The notes beneath the pieces are model-generated. The model saw only the letters and a list, made by a program, of their open reading frames with translations. It had not been told where the DNA came from and searched no databases. A stretch of 32,000 nt of DNA from the NCBI GenBank assembly GCA_003568775.1, contig MWMI01000002.1, positions 1 to 32,000 of the forward strand, given 5' to 3'. The DNA comes from Candidatus Nanoclepta minutus. GTDB taxonomy: Archaea; Nanobdellota; Nanobdellia; Nanobdellales; Nanobdellaceae. Position 1 is the stretch's first letter. Every line of letters starts with the position of its first letter. A program made the translations under genes and the position numbers. Positions 1 to 7,950 of this stretch are shown here, piece by piece.

Positions 1-183
1 ATATAATTCATTAGCTTCTATCTCTATTATATATTTTAAATCTAGGTTCTCACAGATTATAATACCCTTATCTTGCTTACAGATCACACTTTTATGTGGA
101 TTTTGGGATATTGAGAAAGCTGTTATTAAAGTAAGAATAAACAAAAGTAATATATATAACTTCTTCAAACTTTTTTCATTCAT
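1..183 (-). CDS. Partial CDS (first 61 codons, continues past the window start): secreted or membrane-anchored protein of unknown function
   Basis: Open-ended, so absent from the ORF track. Reverse-strand ATG at 183-181 reads MNEKSLKKLYILLLFILTLITAFSISQNPHKSVICKQDKG... with no stop down to position 1. A charged N-terminus followed by a hydrophobic core resembles a Sec signal peptide. Confidence 0.4.
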   Translation of the reverse strand, partial: MNEKSLKKLYILLLFILTLITAFSISQNPHKSVICKQDKGIIICENLDLKYIIEIEANELY

Positions 184-237
184 TGAATTTTATTTTTAGC
201 GAACTTTTGTAAATTTTTACGAACAATATTTATTAAT

Positions 238-696
238 ATGACAATACTAAGGGAGTTCGAATACGAAGATCATACGGCTGACATAAAGGTTATAGGTCAT
301 GGTAATACACCAAAAAGGGCTATAGAGTCTGTTATTTTAGGGATTGCCAACGTTATTTATGATATCGATAAAGTTGAAAAGAAGCAAGAGATAAACATAA
401 ACCTTAAAGCAAACGATATTTTAGAGATCTTATATAAATCTGCAAAAAATTTTCTTGACCTTTTTTATACAAAAAAAATTGTAATTAGAGATGTTAGAGT
501 TAAACATTTAAGAAAAATAAAGGTAAGGGAAAAGAAAACATTTTTTTGGGACGTCGATATAACATTTTTTGGAGAAGAATATAATCCGGAAAAACATGGA
601 AGAAAAAAGGAAGTTAAAGCAGTAACATACCATGATTTAAACCTAACAAAAATAACAAAATCCCATTGGATAGGAGAAGTTGTTATTGATGTTTAG
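238..696 (+). CDS. Archease (RtcB/tRNA-modification accessory chaperone family)
   Basis: N-terminal FEYEDHTADIKVIGHG and C-terminal KAVTYHDLNL...WIGEVVIDV match the archease signature (HTAD motif, KAVTYH motif). The 152-aa length is typical. Confidence 0.8.
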   Translation: MTILREFEYEDHTADIKVIGHGNTPKRAIESVILGIANVIYDIDKVEKKQEININLKANDILEILYKSAKNFLDLFYTKKIVIRDVRVKHLRKIKVREKKTFFWDVDITFFGEEYNPEKHGRKKEVKAVTYHDLNLTKITKSHWIGEVVIDV

Positions 697-1540
697 AGAT
701 CTCCTCAAAATACCTATATAATGGAACGTTGAAGAATAGGTAGGCATAGGAATCTGCTAGTACTATAAACAACCATATTAGTGAGAACTCTTTTATGATT
801 GGCAGGTCTATTAATAGGTATAAGGGAATCACTACCAAAACTACGAATAGCTCCATTAACAATCCTACCTTCAATGACATCTTTATCCTATCATCAAAGC
901 TAAGGTCCTTTTCTTGGTATACGTTCGTAGATAATACGATGTTATTGTCTATTGCAAATCCGAGGATCCCTATCAATGTAACTAAACCGACCGGTCCAAC
1001 TCTAAGTTTTACAAGGTTTATCAAAGCTAAAGTTATGAACATGTCCCAAAGGATCACCGATATAATACCGATAACCGATCTCCTTTCCCTAAATCTAACC
1101 CAAATTAGGAAGCTGATGATCAAAGTACTTATAATCAACAATAGAGAAAGCTGATTAAATATTATACCTCCAACATAACTACTAAACCTCTGTATGGAGA
1201 TCTCCCTTTCAGATATCCCAATAGCATTTAACTCCTGAATTAACAAATCGCTATTTATATCTCTAGCCTCAATGTAAAAGTTCCCACCAACTTCATATAT
1301 ACTATAATCCGAAACGTTTATCTTGCTTAGTAAAGCATTTAAGTCCTGTAAGCTAGCTTTTGATGGCAAAATTATTAGATAACCACCTGTTATTTCTGTA
1401 CTAAGCTCAAAGAACTTTCCATTTACAATATAGTTATACATAACACTACCAAAGGCTATAAGGAAGATTACTAAAGATACTATGATCAACTCTTTATATC
1501 TAGAATTTATGAGCCTCAAATACCAATCCTGCAAACTCAT
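683..1540 (-). CDS. secF: Protein-export membrane protein SecF (SecD/F family)
   Basis: 285 aa. An N-terminal TM helix is followed by a periplasmic-type loop and then a multi-TM block with ILWDMFITLALINLV...VTLIGILGFAIDNNIVL, which resembles the SecD/F motif (ILhDv...LTiiGySvnDtIV). The size fits archaeal SecF. Confidence 0.65.
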   Translation of the reverse strand: MSLQDWYLRLINSRYKELIIVSLVIFLIAFGSVMYNYIVNGKFFELSTEITGGYLIILPSKASLQDLNALLSKINVSDYSIYEVGGNFYIEARDINSDLLIQELNAIGISEREISIQRFSSYVGGIIFNQLSLLLIISTLIISFLIWVRFRERRSVIGIISVILWDMFITLALINLVKLRVGPVGLVTLIGILGFAIDNNIVLSTNVYQEKDLSFDDRIKMSLKVGLLMELFVVLVVIPLYLLIDLPIIKEFSLIWLFIVLADSYAYLFFNVPLYRYFEEISKHQ

Positions 1541-1591
1541 TTAAGATATCTTCTCGGAAAAGTATTAAAACATTTAACAAAACTTTTTTAA

Positions 1592-2623
1592 ATGAGATCT
1601 TTTATATATTTGGTAGAAATCATACTAGTTACAATTCTCCTAATTTCCTATCTTACATACTTAAGTCCAACTTCATCTCCTAGGGAATACGTAGAAAAAC
1701 TTTCAAGGGAATACGAGATCTCCACACTATGCGCTTCCATTAGTAGGATCCTACAAAATGATTTAGACATATTAGAAGTCGGTATATTAAATTACGTTTC
1801 CTTTAGTAGCTTTCTAAAAAGTTTTTCCCAGAGAATAAAAAGATATGAAACATTAAGAGTTAGTTTTGACCCTTCTTATGGATGTATAGCTATATTATAC
1901 CCGTTTCCTAACATAGAAAGCTACTATTTCTTATCTTCAAACTCTGCATACTTTACTGTTGTAAACTATGAAAACTATCCCTGTTCCTTCAATGCAGATA
2001 GAGACTGGAAGTATATAAAGTTGGATAGTATAGGAAACCCCAACATATCTATTTACTTAATTAAGGAGAATTTAACAAACCTCGATATCTATTCTATATT
2101 TGTATTCGATTCTTATGGAAATCCAATAGAAATTGAATACGTCTCAAAAGATATGTATTCTATAAATATCTCCTTAGACCCTAACTATCAAACGCAGATA
2201 ATTAAATTCCCAATTTATATTTTATTTAGAGTAAAGGGACAGAGCTCTTACCCAGATCTAATCTACTTAAAAGGTAGATATACTAATTTAACTTCAATTG
2301 TCGGGAATACTATCTATCAAGCAGAACCAGAATATGCAAACTGGCTAACTATCTATATAAACACATCATGTATAAAGAAAGGATACCTTACATTTAAATA
2401 TAACATCCTTCCCTCAAAAATCCAGACCTTATCCGATATACAAGCAAATAACTGCTATTCGCCAATGAACGTAACATACTTCAAGGGGAAGTTCTTTGAA
2501 TACTATCCCTTAGATATAGAGAAGCTAATGATAACTGATAGACCAAAAAGTCTGGATTATACTTGTAATATATTAGTTAAAAGTGGCCTAAGCTTATCCG
2601 AATTTACAGTATATGGCTCGTAG
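1592..2623 (+). CDS. Secreted or surface protein with a pilin-like (class III-like) N-terminus and several N-glycosylation sequons; function unknown
   Basis: 343 aa. N-terminus MRS/FIYLVEIILVTILLISYLTYL is a very short charged tip plus one hydrophobic helix. About 6 N-x-S/T sequons counted by eye. Overlaps the next gene by 11 nt. Confidence 0.5.
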   Translation: MRSFIYLVEIILVTILLISYLTYLSPTSSPREYVEKLSREYEISTLCASISRILQNDLDILEVGILNYVSFSSFLKSFSQRIKRYETLRVSFDPSYGCIAILYPFPNIESYYFLSSNSAYFTVVNYENYPCSFNADRDWKYIKLDSIGNPNISIYLIKENLTNLDIYSIFVFDSYGNPIEIEYVSKDMYSINISLDPNYQTQIIKFPIYILFRVKGQSSYPDLIYLKGRYTNLTSIVGNTIYQAEPEYANWLTIYINTSCIKKGYLTFKYNILPSKIQTLSDIQANNCYSPMNVTYFKGKFFEYYPLDIEKLMITDRPKSLDYTCNILVKSGLSLSEFTVYGS

Positions 2624-3479
2624 CCAGTTCTATTTATTGATTATAGGTATCTTAATGGTTTTTCTAATGTACTTTGTTTATCAGATAAACCTAATATCGA
2701 GTGAGATGTCCTACTATAAAAGGAACTATGAAACCTTAGCAAGTTTATATGAATTAAAGAGATATCTAGAAGAAATACAAAGAATCTTCTATTTAAAAGA
2801 TGTGAAATTAATGAGAGTTACTGTATTTTATAACTGTAGCTTTGATAATATATCGATAAAAAATCCTTTTGGATCGGATAAAGTTGCTGTATTCGATAGT
2901 AACTTTAACTATCTATTCACTTCATCTTCAGATACACTAATAAACTTTACAGTAAAATCTAAGGATCCCTACGAAAACAACATATGTATATTCGATGGCT
3001 ATATCGGTTATTCAGAGAACTTTACTATAAACATGAACTTCAGCGGCTATCAACCGATAAAGGCTTACTTCTCATATTTCGAATATAACTTCACGATAGA
3101 TACCTACCAGCCATTCATACTTCCACTAAAGGATCACGATGCTTCCGTCTATTTCGATGATTCCTGTACAGAAATCGAGTTTAGGGTACCAAAAATACTG
3201 ATATACCTTCCCTCTTACTCTTTAGATATAGTTAAAATAGAGAAACTGGATGAGGGAAATAACAGAATAAATGTAAGTATTACCAATACTGGTAGATGTC
3301 CAATAGATCTAACGAACTTCATGTACTTTACTAACAACAATCTATTTACAATCCAACCAAACAAAACTGTATATGGACCATCTTTTATAATAAATCCATA
3401 CGAGACGAAGAACTTTACCTTTTTAAATTACAGTAATACCTTCTGTCTTGTTTCCTTAGGATTCAAGAAATGTATTTAA
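2613..3479 (+). CDS. Secreted or surface protein with a pilin-like (class III-like) N-terminus, very rich in N-glycosylation sequons; function unknown
   Basis: 288 aa. N-terminus MARS/QFYLLIIGILMVFLMYFVY, with Q right after the R-S pair as in some archaeal prepilin substrates. About 10 N-x-S/T sequons counted by eye (NCS, NIS, NFT x4, NFS, NVS, NKT, NYS). Confidence 0.5.
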   Translation: MARSQFYLLIIGILMVFLMYFVYQINLISSEMSYYKRNYETLASLYELKRYLEEIQRIFYLKDVKLMRVTVFYNCSFDNISIKNPFGSDKVAVFDSNFNYLFTSSSDTLINFTVKSKDPYENNICIFDGYIGYSENFTINMNFSGYQPIKAYFSYFEYNFTIDTYQPFILPLKDHDASVYFDDSCTEIEFRVPKILIYLPSYSLDIVKIEKLDEGNNRINVSITNTGRCPIDLTNFMYFTNNNLFTIQPNKTVYGPSFIINPYETKNFTFLNYSNTFCLVSLGFKKCI

Positions 3480-4198
3480 TATTCTGAGCAATCCTCATAA
3501 GGCATCTTTACTATGTAATAACCATCGGTAAGATAGAACTTATTTTTGGCTAACCTAGTTCTATTTATTTGATAAAACAAAAATTCTTCCATCAATTTCA
3601 AACTATAATCTATCCCAAAGACTTTATAGAAAGATTTTATGGCATATTTATTAGGAACTTCCGACTTATCCGATGCAAAAGATCCGAAGATTATCATAAC
3701 GTCTTTTTTACTAAGAACCTTAATTAAATACTTAAAGGGATAAGGGTTATCTAAGGCATCTTTTAGGGATAACAATACGGATTGTCTGTTTTTCTTTATC
3801 TTATATATAGAGGAAAGATCGATGTTCCTAAAATAGAACTTCTCGTTTCCTACTATTTTATCTATATATACCCCATTATAGAAATACTTCCCAAATATCC
3901 TATAGCTGGAAAGCGAGTTATCAAATTTTATAAACACTAGATCATTGTAGTATTTTTCCAAATAAAATAGATCTAAAGCAATTTTCATAGTTTCACTAGT
4001 CTTTTTACTATTAACGATTGCTAGATAGAATAAATTAAGATTCTTATATTTAAGTAACCTATTTAATAGAAAAGTTTCAATATCTCTTCTATTTTCTATA
4101 AAATATGCAAATACAACGTTTTTTATTCCGTTCTCAATATATTTCCTAACTAAATCTTCTTCGTTATCTTTAGGTAATGCTATATCATACATAAACAA
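3476..4198 (-). CDS. Possible RNase P protein component 3 (Rpp30/Rnp3-like TIM-barrel protein)
   Basis: 240 aa. The start MFMYDIALPKDNEEDL...GIKNVVF and the distal VMIIFGSFASDKSEVPNKYAIKSFYKVFGI resemble the Rpp30 layout (M..yDl at the N-terminus, vvisSgA...P.dl...lG near the C-terminus). Similarity is judged from memory only. Confidence 0.4.
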   Translation of the reverse strand: MFMYDIALPKDNEEDLVRKYIENGIKNVVFAYFIENRRDIETFLLNRLLKYKNLNLFYLAIVNSKKTSETMKIALDLFYLEKYYNDLVFIKFDNSLSSYRIFGKYFYNGVYIDKIVGNEKFYFRNIDLSSIYKIKKNRQSVLLSLKDALDNPYPFKYLIKVLSKKDVMIIFGSFASDKSEVPNKYAIKSFYKVFGIDYSLKLMEEFLFYQINRTRLAKNKFYLTDGYYIVKMPYEDCSEY

Positions 4199-4219
4199 AA
4201 AATAAATTTAAGACATAAA

Positions 4220-4393
4220 TTATTTCTTGATTTTTGATGCTTGCTTTCTATAATCCTCCCAAAAATAATCTAAGTTATCCTTAATCAACTGAGCAGGTCC
4301 AGAATATCCACAGTCTAGACAAACCCATATCTTATCGTTAGCATAGAAAGGTACTATGTTCTCGGATCCACATGCAGGGCATACCCATTTCAT
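4220..4393 (-). CDS. Small zinc-ribbon protein (57 aa), not in the ORF track
   Basis: Hand translation of the reverse strand gives MKWVCPACGSENIVPFYANDKIWVCLDCGYSGPAQLIKDNLDYFWEDYRKQASKIKK*. Two CxxCG knuckles (CPACG, CLDCG) form a classic 4-Cys ribbon. The A/T-rich TATA-like sequence cttttatatatat lies ~25-35 nt upstream on the coding strand. Confidence 0.55.
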   Translation of the reverse strand: MKWVCPACGSENIVPFYANDKIWVCLDCGYSGPAQLIKDNLDYFWEDYRKQASKIKK

Positions 4394-4454
4394 AAAGAAT
4401 TATTAGAGACTTTCATATATATAAAAGATTCTAAATCTTCCTTGATTATCAAAT

Positions 4455-5033
4455 TTAATAAATAAAAGGGATAATCTTATATCTCACTTTTTCCGCATAC
4501 TTCTTATAAGAATCCCCAAGCTTTTCTAGATAATACCTTTCCTCCATATTTGCCATATATATTAAGAAACTTAAGGCTATAAAGGCCCCTATAATGGATA
4601 GTATAGTCCCTATAGACATTGAATATCCTAAGAAGAAGAGGAAGTTAGAAAGATAGAAAGGATGTCTAACGATAGCGTTAGGTCCTTTATCCTTTATTTT
4701 CTGATCCTTGAATATACTTATACTGAAGCTCCAATATTCACTGTAATTAACTATAGACCAAACTCCAAAGACGATACCTAAAGCCATGAGTAATATTCCA
4801 AAATAATACAAATATAATGGTGCCTCAATAGAACCCTGAAGATAATTGAAGAAGTATATAACAAAGAAAGATAAGGCATACATTGCAAAGAAATACAATA
4901 TTAACCTTCTGTCTTCATAGCTTACTTCTCCACTTTTTATATTCACTACATGCCTATATATGCCAAAGGCTAATACTACTGCCCATGCCCCAATTAAAGC
5001 ATCTAATAGGGGGTTATAAAAGATATATGCCAT
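4455..5033 (-). CDS. Membrane methyltransferase of the ICMT/PEMT (isoprenylcysteine carboxyl methyltransferase-like) family
   Basis: 192 aa, multi-TM. The C-terminal half has GPNAIVRHPFYLSNFLFFLGYSM, matching the family motif (G.Y..vRHP.Y.g..l...G). Confidence 0.6.
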   Translation of the reverse strand: MAYIFYNPLLDALIGAWAVVLAFGIYRHVVNIKSGEVSYEDRRLILYFFAMYALSFFVIYFFNYLQGSIEAPLYLYYFGILLMALGIVFGVWSIVNYSEYWSFSISIFKDQKIKDKGPNAIVRHPFYLSNFLFFLGYSMSIGTILSIIGAFIALSFLIYMANMEERYYLEKLGDSYKKYAEKVRYKIIPFIY

Positions 5034-5054
5034 AAATATTTTAGGAATTTAAAA

Positions 5055-5768
5055 TTAAATAAAACTTTTGTATCTACCTCTCTTTTCTATACGACTTAAT
5101 CTAATGAGTACCTCATTAGTTTTTTCTTTAAAAGATTTGGAATATCCCTCCATAAAACTATTAAAGGAATCCGAAATCCTCCAGTGCCTTGATTCTAAGG
5201 ATTCTTTAAATAGATGTAAATCGGTTGCGTAGTCCTCAATTCTGTTTGAAAAGAAACTCAATCCAAAGTCTATAAAATAGAGATCTTTATTAACTAGAAT
5301 AATATTTGATGTCGTCAGATCTCCATGAATTATTCCTTCTTTATGCATCTTTCCAACGGATTCCCCAACCCTATATAAAATGCTTTTATAATCCAATTTT
5401 TCTAAAACATCAGATAGTCTATTTCCATTTAAATACTCCATAGCTATAATTCCTAAATCTTCATTAAAATGTACTACTTCTGGAACCTTCATTTTATCTT
5501 TTAATTTTTCCAATATTCTTACCTCTATTCTTGTTCTATACTTTCTAAACTCTTTATCTATTTTTGGATTCCTATAATTTTTTCTATACCTTGCCTTTAA
5601 AATCAAAGGCTTTTTATTACAAGAAAATATTATATCATGCCTTCTTTTTTCATTCAAGACAGATGATAAAAAATCTGAAGAAAGCTTATAAAAATAAAAA
5701 TTCTCTTTTTCTCTCTCCGGCTCTATTATATATACTTTTGCTTCTGCTCCATGAAACAAGAGCTTCAT
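5055..5768 (-). CDS. bud32: Bud32/PRPK-type atypical protein kinase (KEOPS subunit, Kae1-associated)
   Basis: 237 aa. N-terminal GAEAKVY glycine-loop variant, catalytic HGDLTTSNIIL, and FIDFGLS. These motifs and the small size are characteristic of archaeal Bud32. Confidence 0.8.
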   Translation of the reverse strand: MKLLFHGAEAKVYIIEPEREKENFYFYKLSSDFLSSVLNEKRRHDIIFSCNKKPLILKARYRKNYRNPKIDKEFRKYRTRIEVRILEKLKDKMKVPEVVHFNEDLGIIAMEYLNGNRLSDVLEKLDYKSILYRVGESVGKMHKEGIIHGDLTTSNIILVNKDLYFIDFGLSFFSNRIEDYATDLHLFKESLESRHWRISDSFNSFMEGYSKSFKEKTNEVLIRLSRIEKRGRYKSFI

Positions 5769-6526
5769 TCCATACCAAGTCTCTTCTTAAATTCCAACGC
5801 TTTCTTAAAGTATTTTCCCAAATCTTCCTCATTAATATCTATACTTTCTCCATGGCCAATAGACTTCATTCTCTTTATTATATCTTCATACCATGAAACT
5901 AATTCATCGTTTCCAAACTCCTTTCTCAAGGCCTCCAATATTTCCTCCGGACTTATATAAGAATAACCTTTCTTCATCAAGTAATATTGAGCAGAATTCG
6001 TAAATATTAAGTAAATATTTTCGAACGCTTTTATTAAATTAACTTTATAACCTCTAATATTATGTTCGACCCTCAACTTAGCAGCTTCTATGGCCTCCTC
6101 AGATGGTAATATCTTCCCCGCATACAAAAGTTTTTTTAACGAACCGAACAATCCAAAGGGATCTATCAAAGCTTTTCCTGTCCTTATAATGCTAATTATT
6201 AATGGATCTCCATTCTTTACCATTTCCCAGAAAGCAGATAGGGTTAACGTATTTACATGTATTTTCCTAAACTTTTCCTGAGACAGTATCTTATTTAGGT
6301 TATCGAAATAGAAAGTGGATGAAACGTTATCCCACTTGTTATAAACATCGTCAACTACAATAAGTAGATCTATATCGGACTTCTCTGTTTCGTTTCCTTT
6401 AGAGTAGGAACCAAATAGGGTGATGATCCTTATCAACCCGTCTACTTTATTAATCAATTCGTTGGAAAAATCTACAACAGTTTCTAGAATCTTCTCAGGT
6501 ATAGTGGAAACCTCACTTACATCCAT
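5765..6526 (-). CDS. Minimal nucleotidyltransferase (MNT/Pol-beta superfamily) fused to a C-terminal helical KNTase_C/HEPN-like domain
   Basis: 253 aa. LFGSYSKGNETEKSDIDLLIVVDD carries the G-S...D-x-D NTase signature. The C-terminal ~120 aa are helical. Its stop overlaps the bud32 start by 4 nt. Confidence 0.65.
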   Translation of the reverse strand: MDVSEVSTIPEKILETVVDFSNELINKVDGLIRIITLFGSYSKGNETEKSDIDLLIVVDDVYNKWDNVSSTFYFDNLNKILSQEKFRKIHVNTLTLSAFWEMVKNGDPLIISIIRTGKALIDPFGLFGSLKKLLYAGKILPSEEAIEAAKLRVEHNIRGYKVNLIKAFENIYLIFTNSAQYYLMKKGYSYISPEEILEALRKEFGNDELVSWYEDIIKRMKSIGHGESIDINEEDLGKYFKKALEFKKRLGME

Positions 6527-6534
6527 AATCTTAT

Positions 6535-7950
6535 TTAATCTTGTAGTCTTCTAATGTTTTTCGTATGAAGTTCCCTTATATCATCTATACCAAGGTATAT
6601 CATAGCTAACCTCTCTATTCCCATACCCCAAGCTAGTACAGGAACGTCTATTCCAAAGGGCTCCAACATCTCCTTTCTAAAGATTCCTGCTCCAGCAACT
6701 TCTATCCAACCCAACTTCTTGTGTTTAGCATAAACCTCTACAGAAGGCTCCGTAAATGGGAAAAAGGCAGGATAAAACTTTACATCCTCTGCTCCAGCAA
6801 CATTTATGATTATTTCCTTTAAGACCCCCAAAAGATCTATAAAACTTAGATCTTTACCCAAGACTATCCCATCTAGTTGTGTGAACTCTATAAAGTGCTT
6901 AGCATCTATGGTATCATACCTAAAGACCTTATCTATTATAAAATATTTTCCAGGAACTTTTGCCTTTAAAAGTTGCATTGAGGAGAAAGTTGTATCATGA
7001 GATACTAAAATAGGTACTTTTGCAATACGATCATCCCAGAAATTATGGAACTTTATATGCTGTTCCTTCACTTTCTTGTATAAATCTTCTGGAAAATCTA
7101 TTATTTCATCGAAATCCTTTAAGAAGAAGGTATCCATCAAGGATATATCGCCTGCTGGATGGTCCTGTGGAACGAACAGTGAGTCTAGATTCCAAAAATG
7201 TGAAACAACAATCCTATAGTTTTCCATTTCTTCGAATCCCATAGATACAAGCTCCTCTCTAAGCTTATCTAAAAACTCTAAATATTTGTTATACCTTCCT
7301 ATCTCCGCCATAGGAACCCTCATGTTTATATCATACTTGCTAAACTTCTTCTTCTTCCAAACCCCACTATCTAAGACATCCTTAGTATAATGATAGATAA
7401 CTTTCTCTGGATCAAATTCCATTAAGACTTTTTTTCCATTTTCATTAATTCTTGCGTAATATTCTCTCCTTTCAACTAACTTTAATATACCCTTTCTCCC
7501 GATCAAAAGTTTTATCTCATCTTCACTAGCCCTTTTTTCCTTAACTTTCTTCAGTATATCATCGTAAGTTTTAACTCTCTTCTTAAATATAACCTTCCCT
7601 CCAACTATATCTATGGCACCACTCCTCTTTAGAAATCCTAAGGAGAAGGATACCTCATCTCTATCAAACTTTTCCTCCAAATCCTTTATTTCTATTTCCC
7701 TTTCTCTTTCTAATATATCTAATATTCTTTTTTCTGGTAATCCTTCCCTTAAATATTTTTCTCCCAAATCTGTAAGTACATAATTTTTCTCCACTTCTTC
7801 CCTTAGGTCTATAAGTCCCTTTGTATTTAAGAATCCCAAAGTTCTTAAGACCTTATATTCCTCTTCCCCTAAATCTCTTGATAGTTCTGATAAACTCTTC
7901 CATTCCTCTGTTAAAGCTTTCAAAACTTTGTACTCAAGTTCTGTTATCAT
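6535..7950 (-). CDS. pheS: Phenylalanine--tRNA ligase alpha subunit (archaeal type)
   Basis: 471 aa. Class II core motifs FRYDTIDAKHFIEFTQLDG, FFPFTEPSVEV and GAGIFRKEML...WGMGIERLAMI, plus N-terminal winged-helix repeats typical of archaeal PheS. Confidence 0.92.
   Translation of the reverse strand: MITELEYKVLKALTEEWKSLSELSRDLGEEEYKVLRTLGFLNTKGLIDLREEVEKNYVLTDLGEKYLREGLPEKRILDILEREREIEIKDLEEKFDRDEVSFSLGFLKRSGAIDIVGGKVIFKKRVKTYDDILKKVKEKRASEDEIKLLIGRKGILKLVERREYYARINENGKKVLMEFDPEKVIYHYTKDVLDSGVWKKKKFSKYDINMRVPMAEIGRYNKYLEFLDKLREELVSMGFEEMENYRIVVSHFWNLDSLFVPQDHPAGDISLMDTFFLKDFDEIIDFPEDLYKKVKEQHIKFHNFWDDRIAKVPILVSHDTTFSSMQLLKAKVPGKYFIIDKVFRYDTIDAKHFIEFTQLDGIVLGKDLSFIDLLGVLKEIIINVAGAEDVKFYPAFFPFTEPSVEVYAKHKKLGWIEVAGAGIFRKEMLEPFGIDVPVLAWGMGIERLAMIYLGIDDIRELHTKNIRRLQD

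Noticed and set aside
795-1154. Track ORFs that lie antisense to, or out of frame within, well-supported genes. This one is the example; others include 5564..5896, 5751..5960, 6090..6281, 6806..7000, 7020..7244, 7821..8114, 8856..9041, 9173..9403, 10088..10336, 10730..10945, 11172..11372, 11302..11490, 11525..11734, 13385..13609, 14116..14313, 15555..15797, 15948..16142, 16295..16540, 18802..19023, 21780..21995, 23892..24077, 25835..26026 and 27947..28129.
   Set aside because: Each is fully or largely contained in a longer ORF that has recognisable family motifs or a better gene context. Their translations are low-complexity (S/F/I/L-rich), as expected from reading A/T-rich coding DNA in the wrong frame. 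Long spurious ORFs of this kind are common at this GC content.
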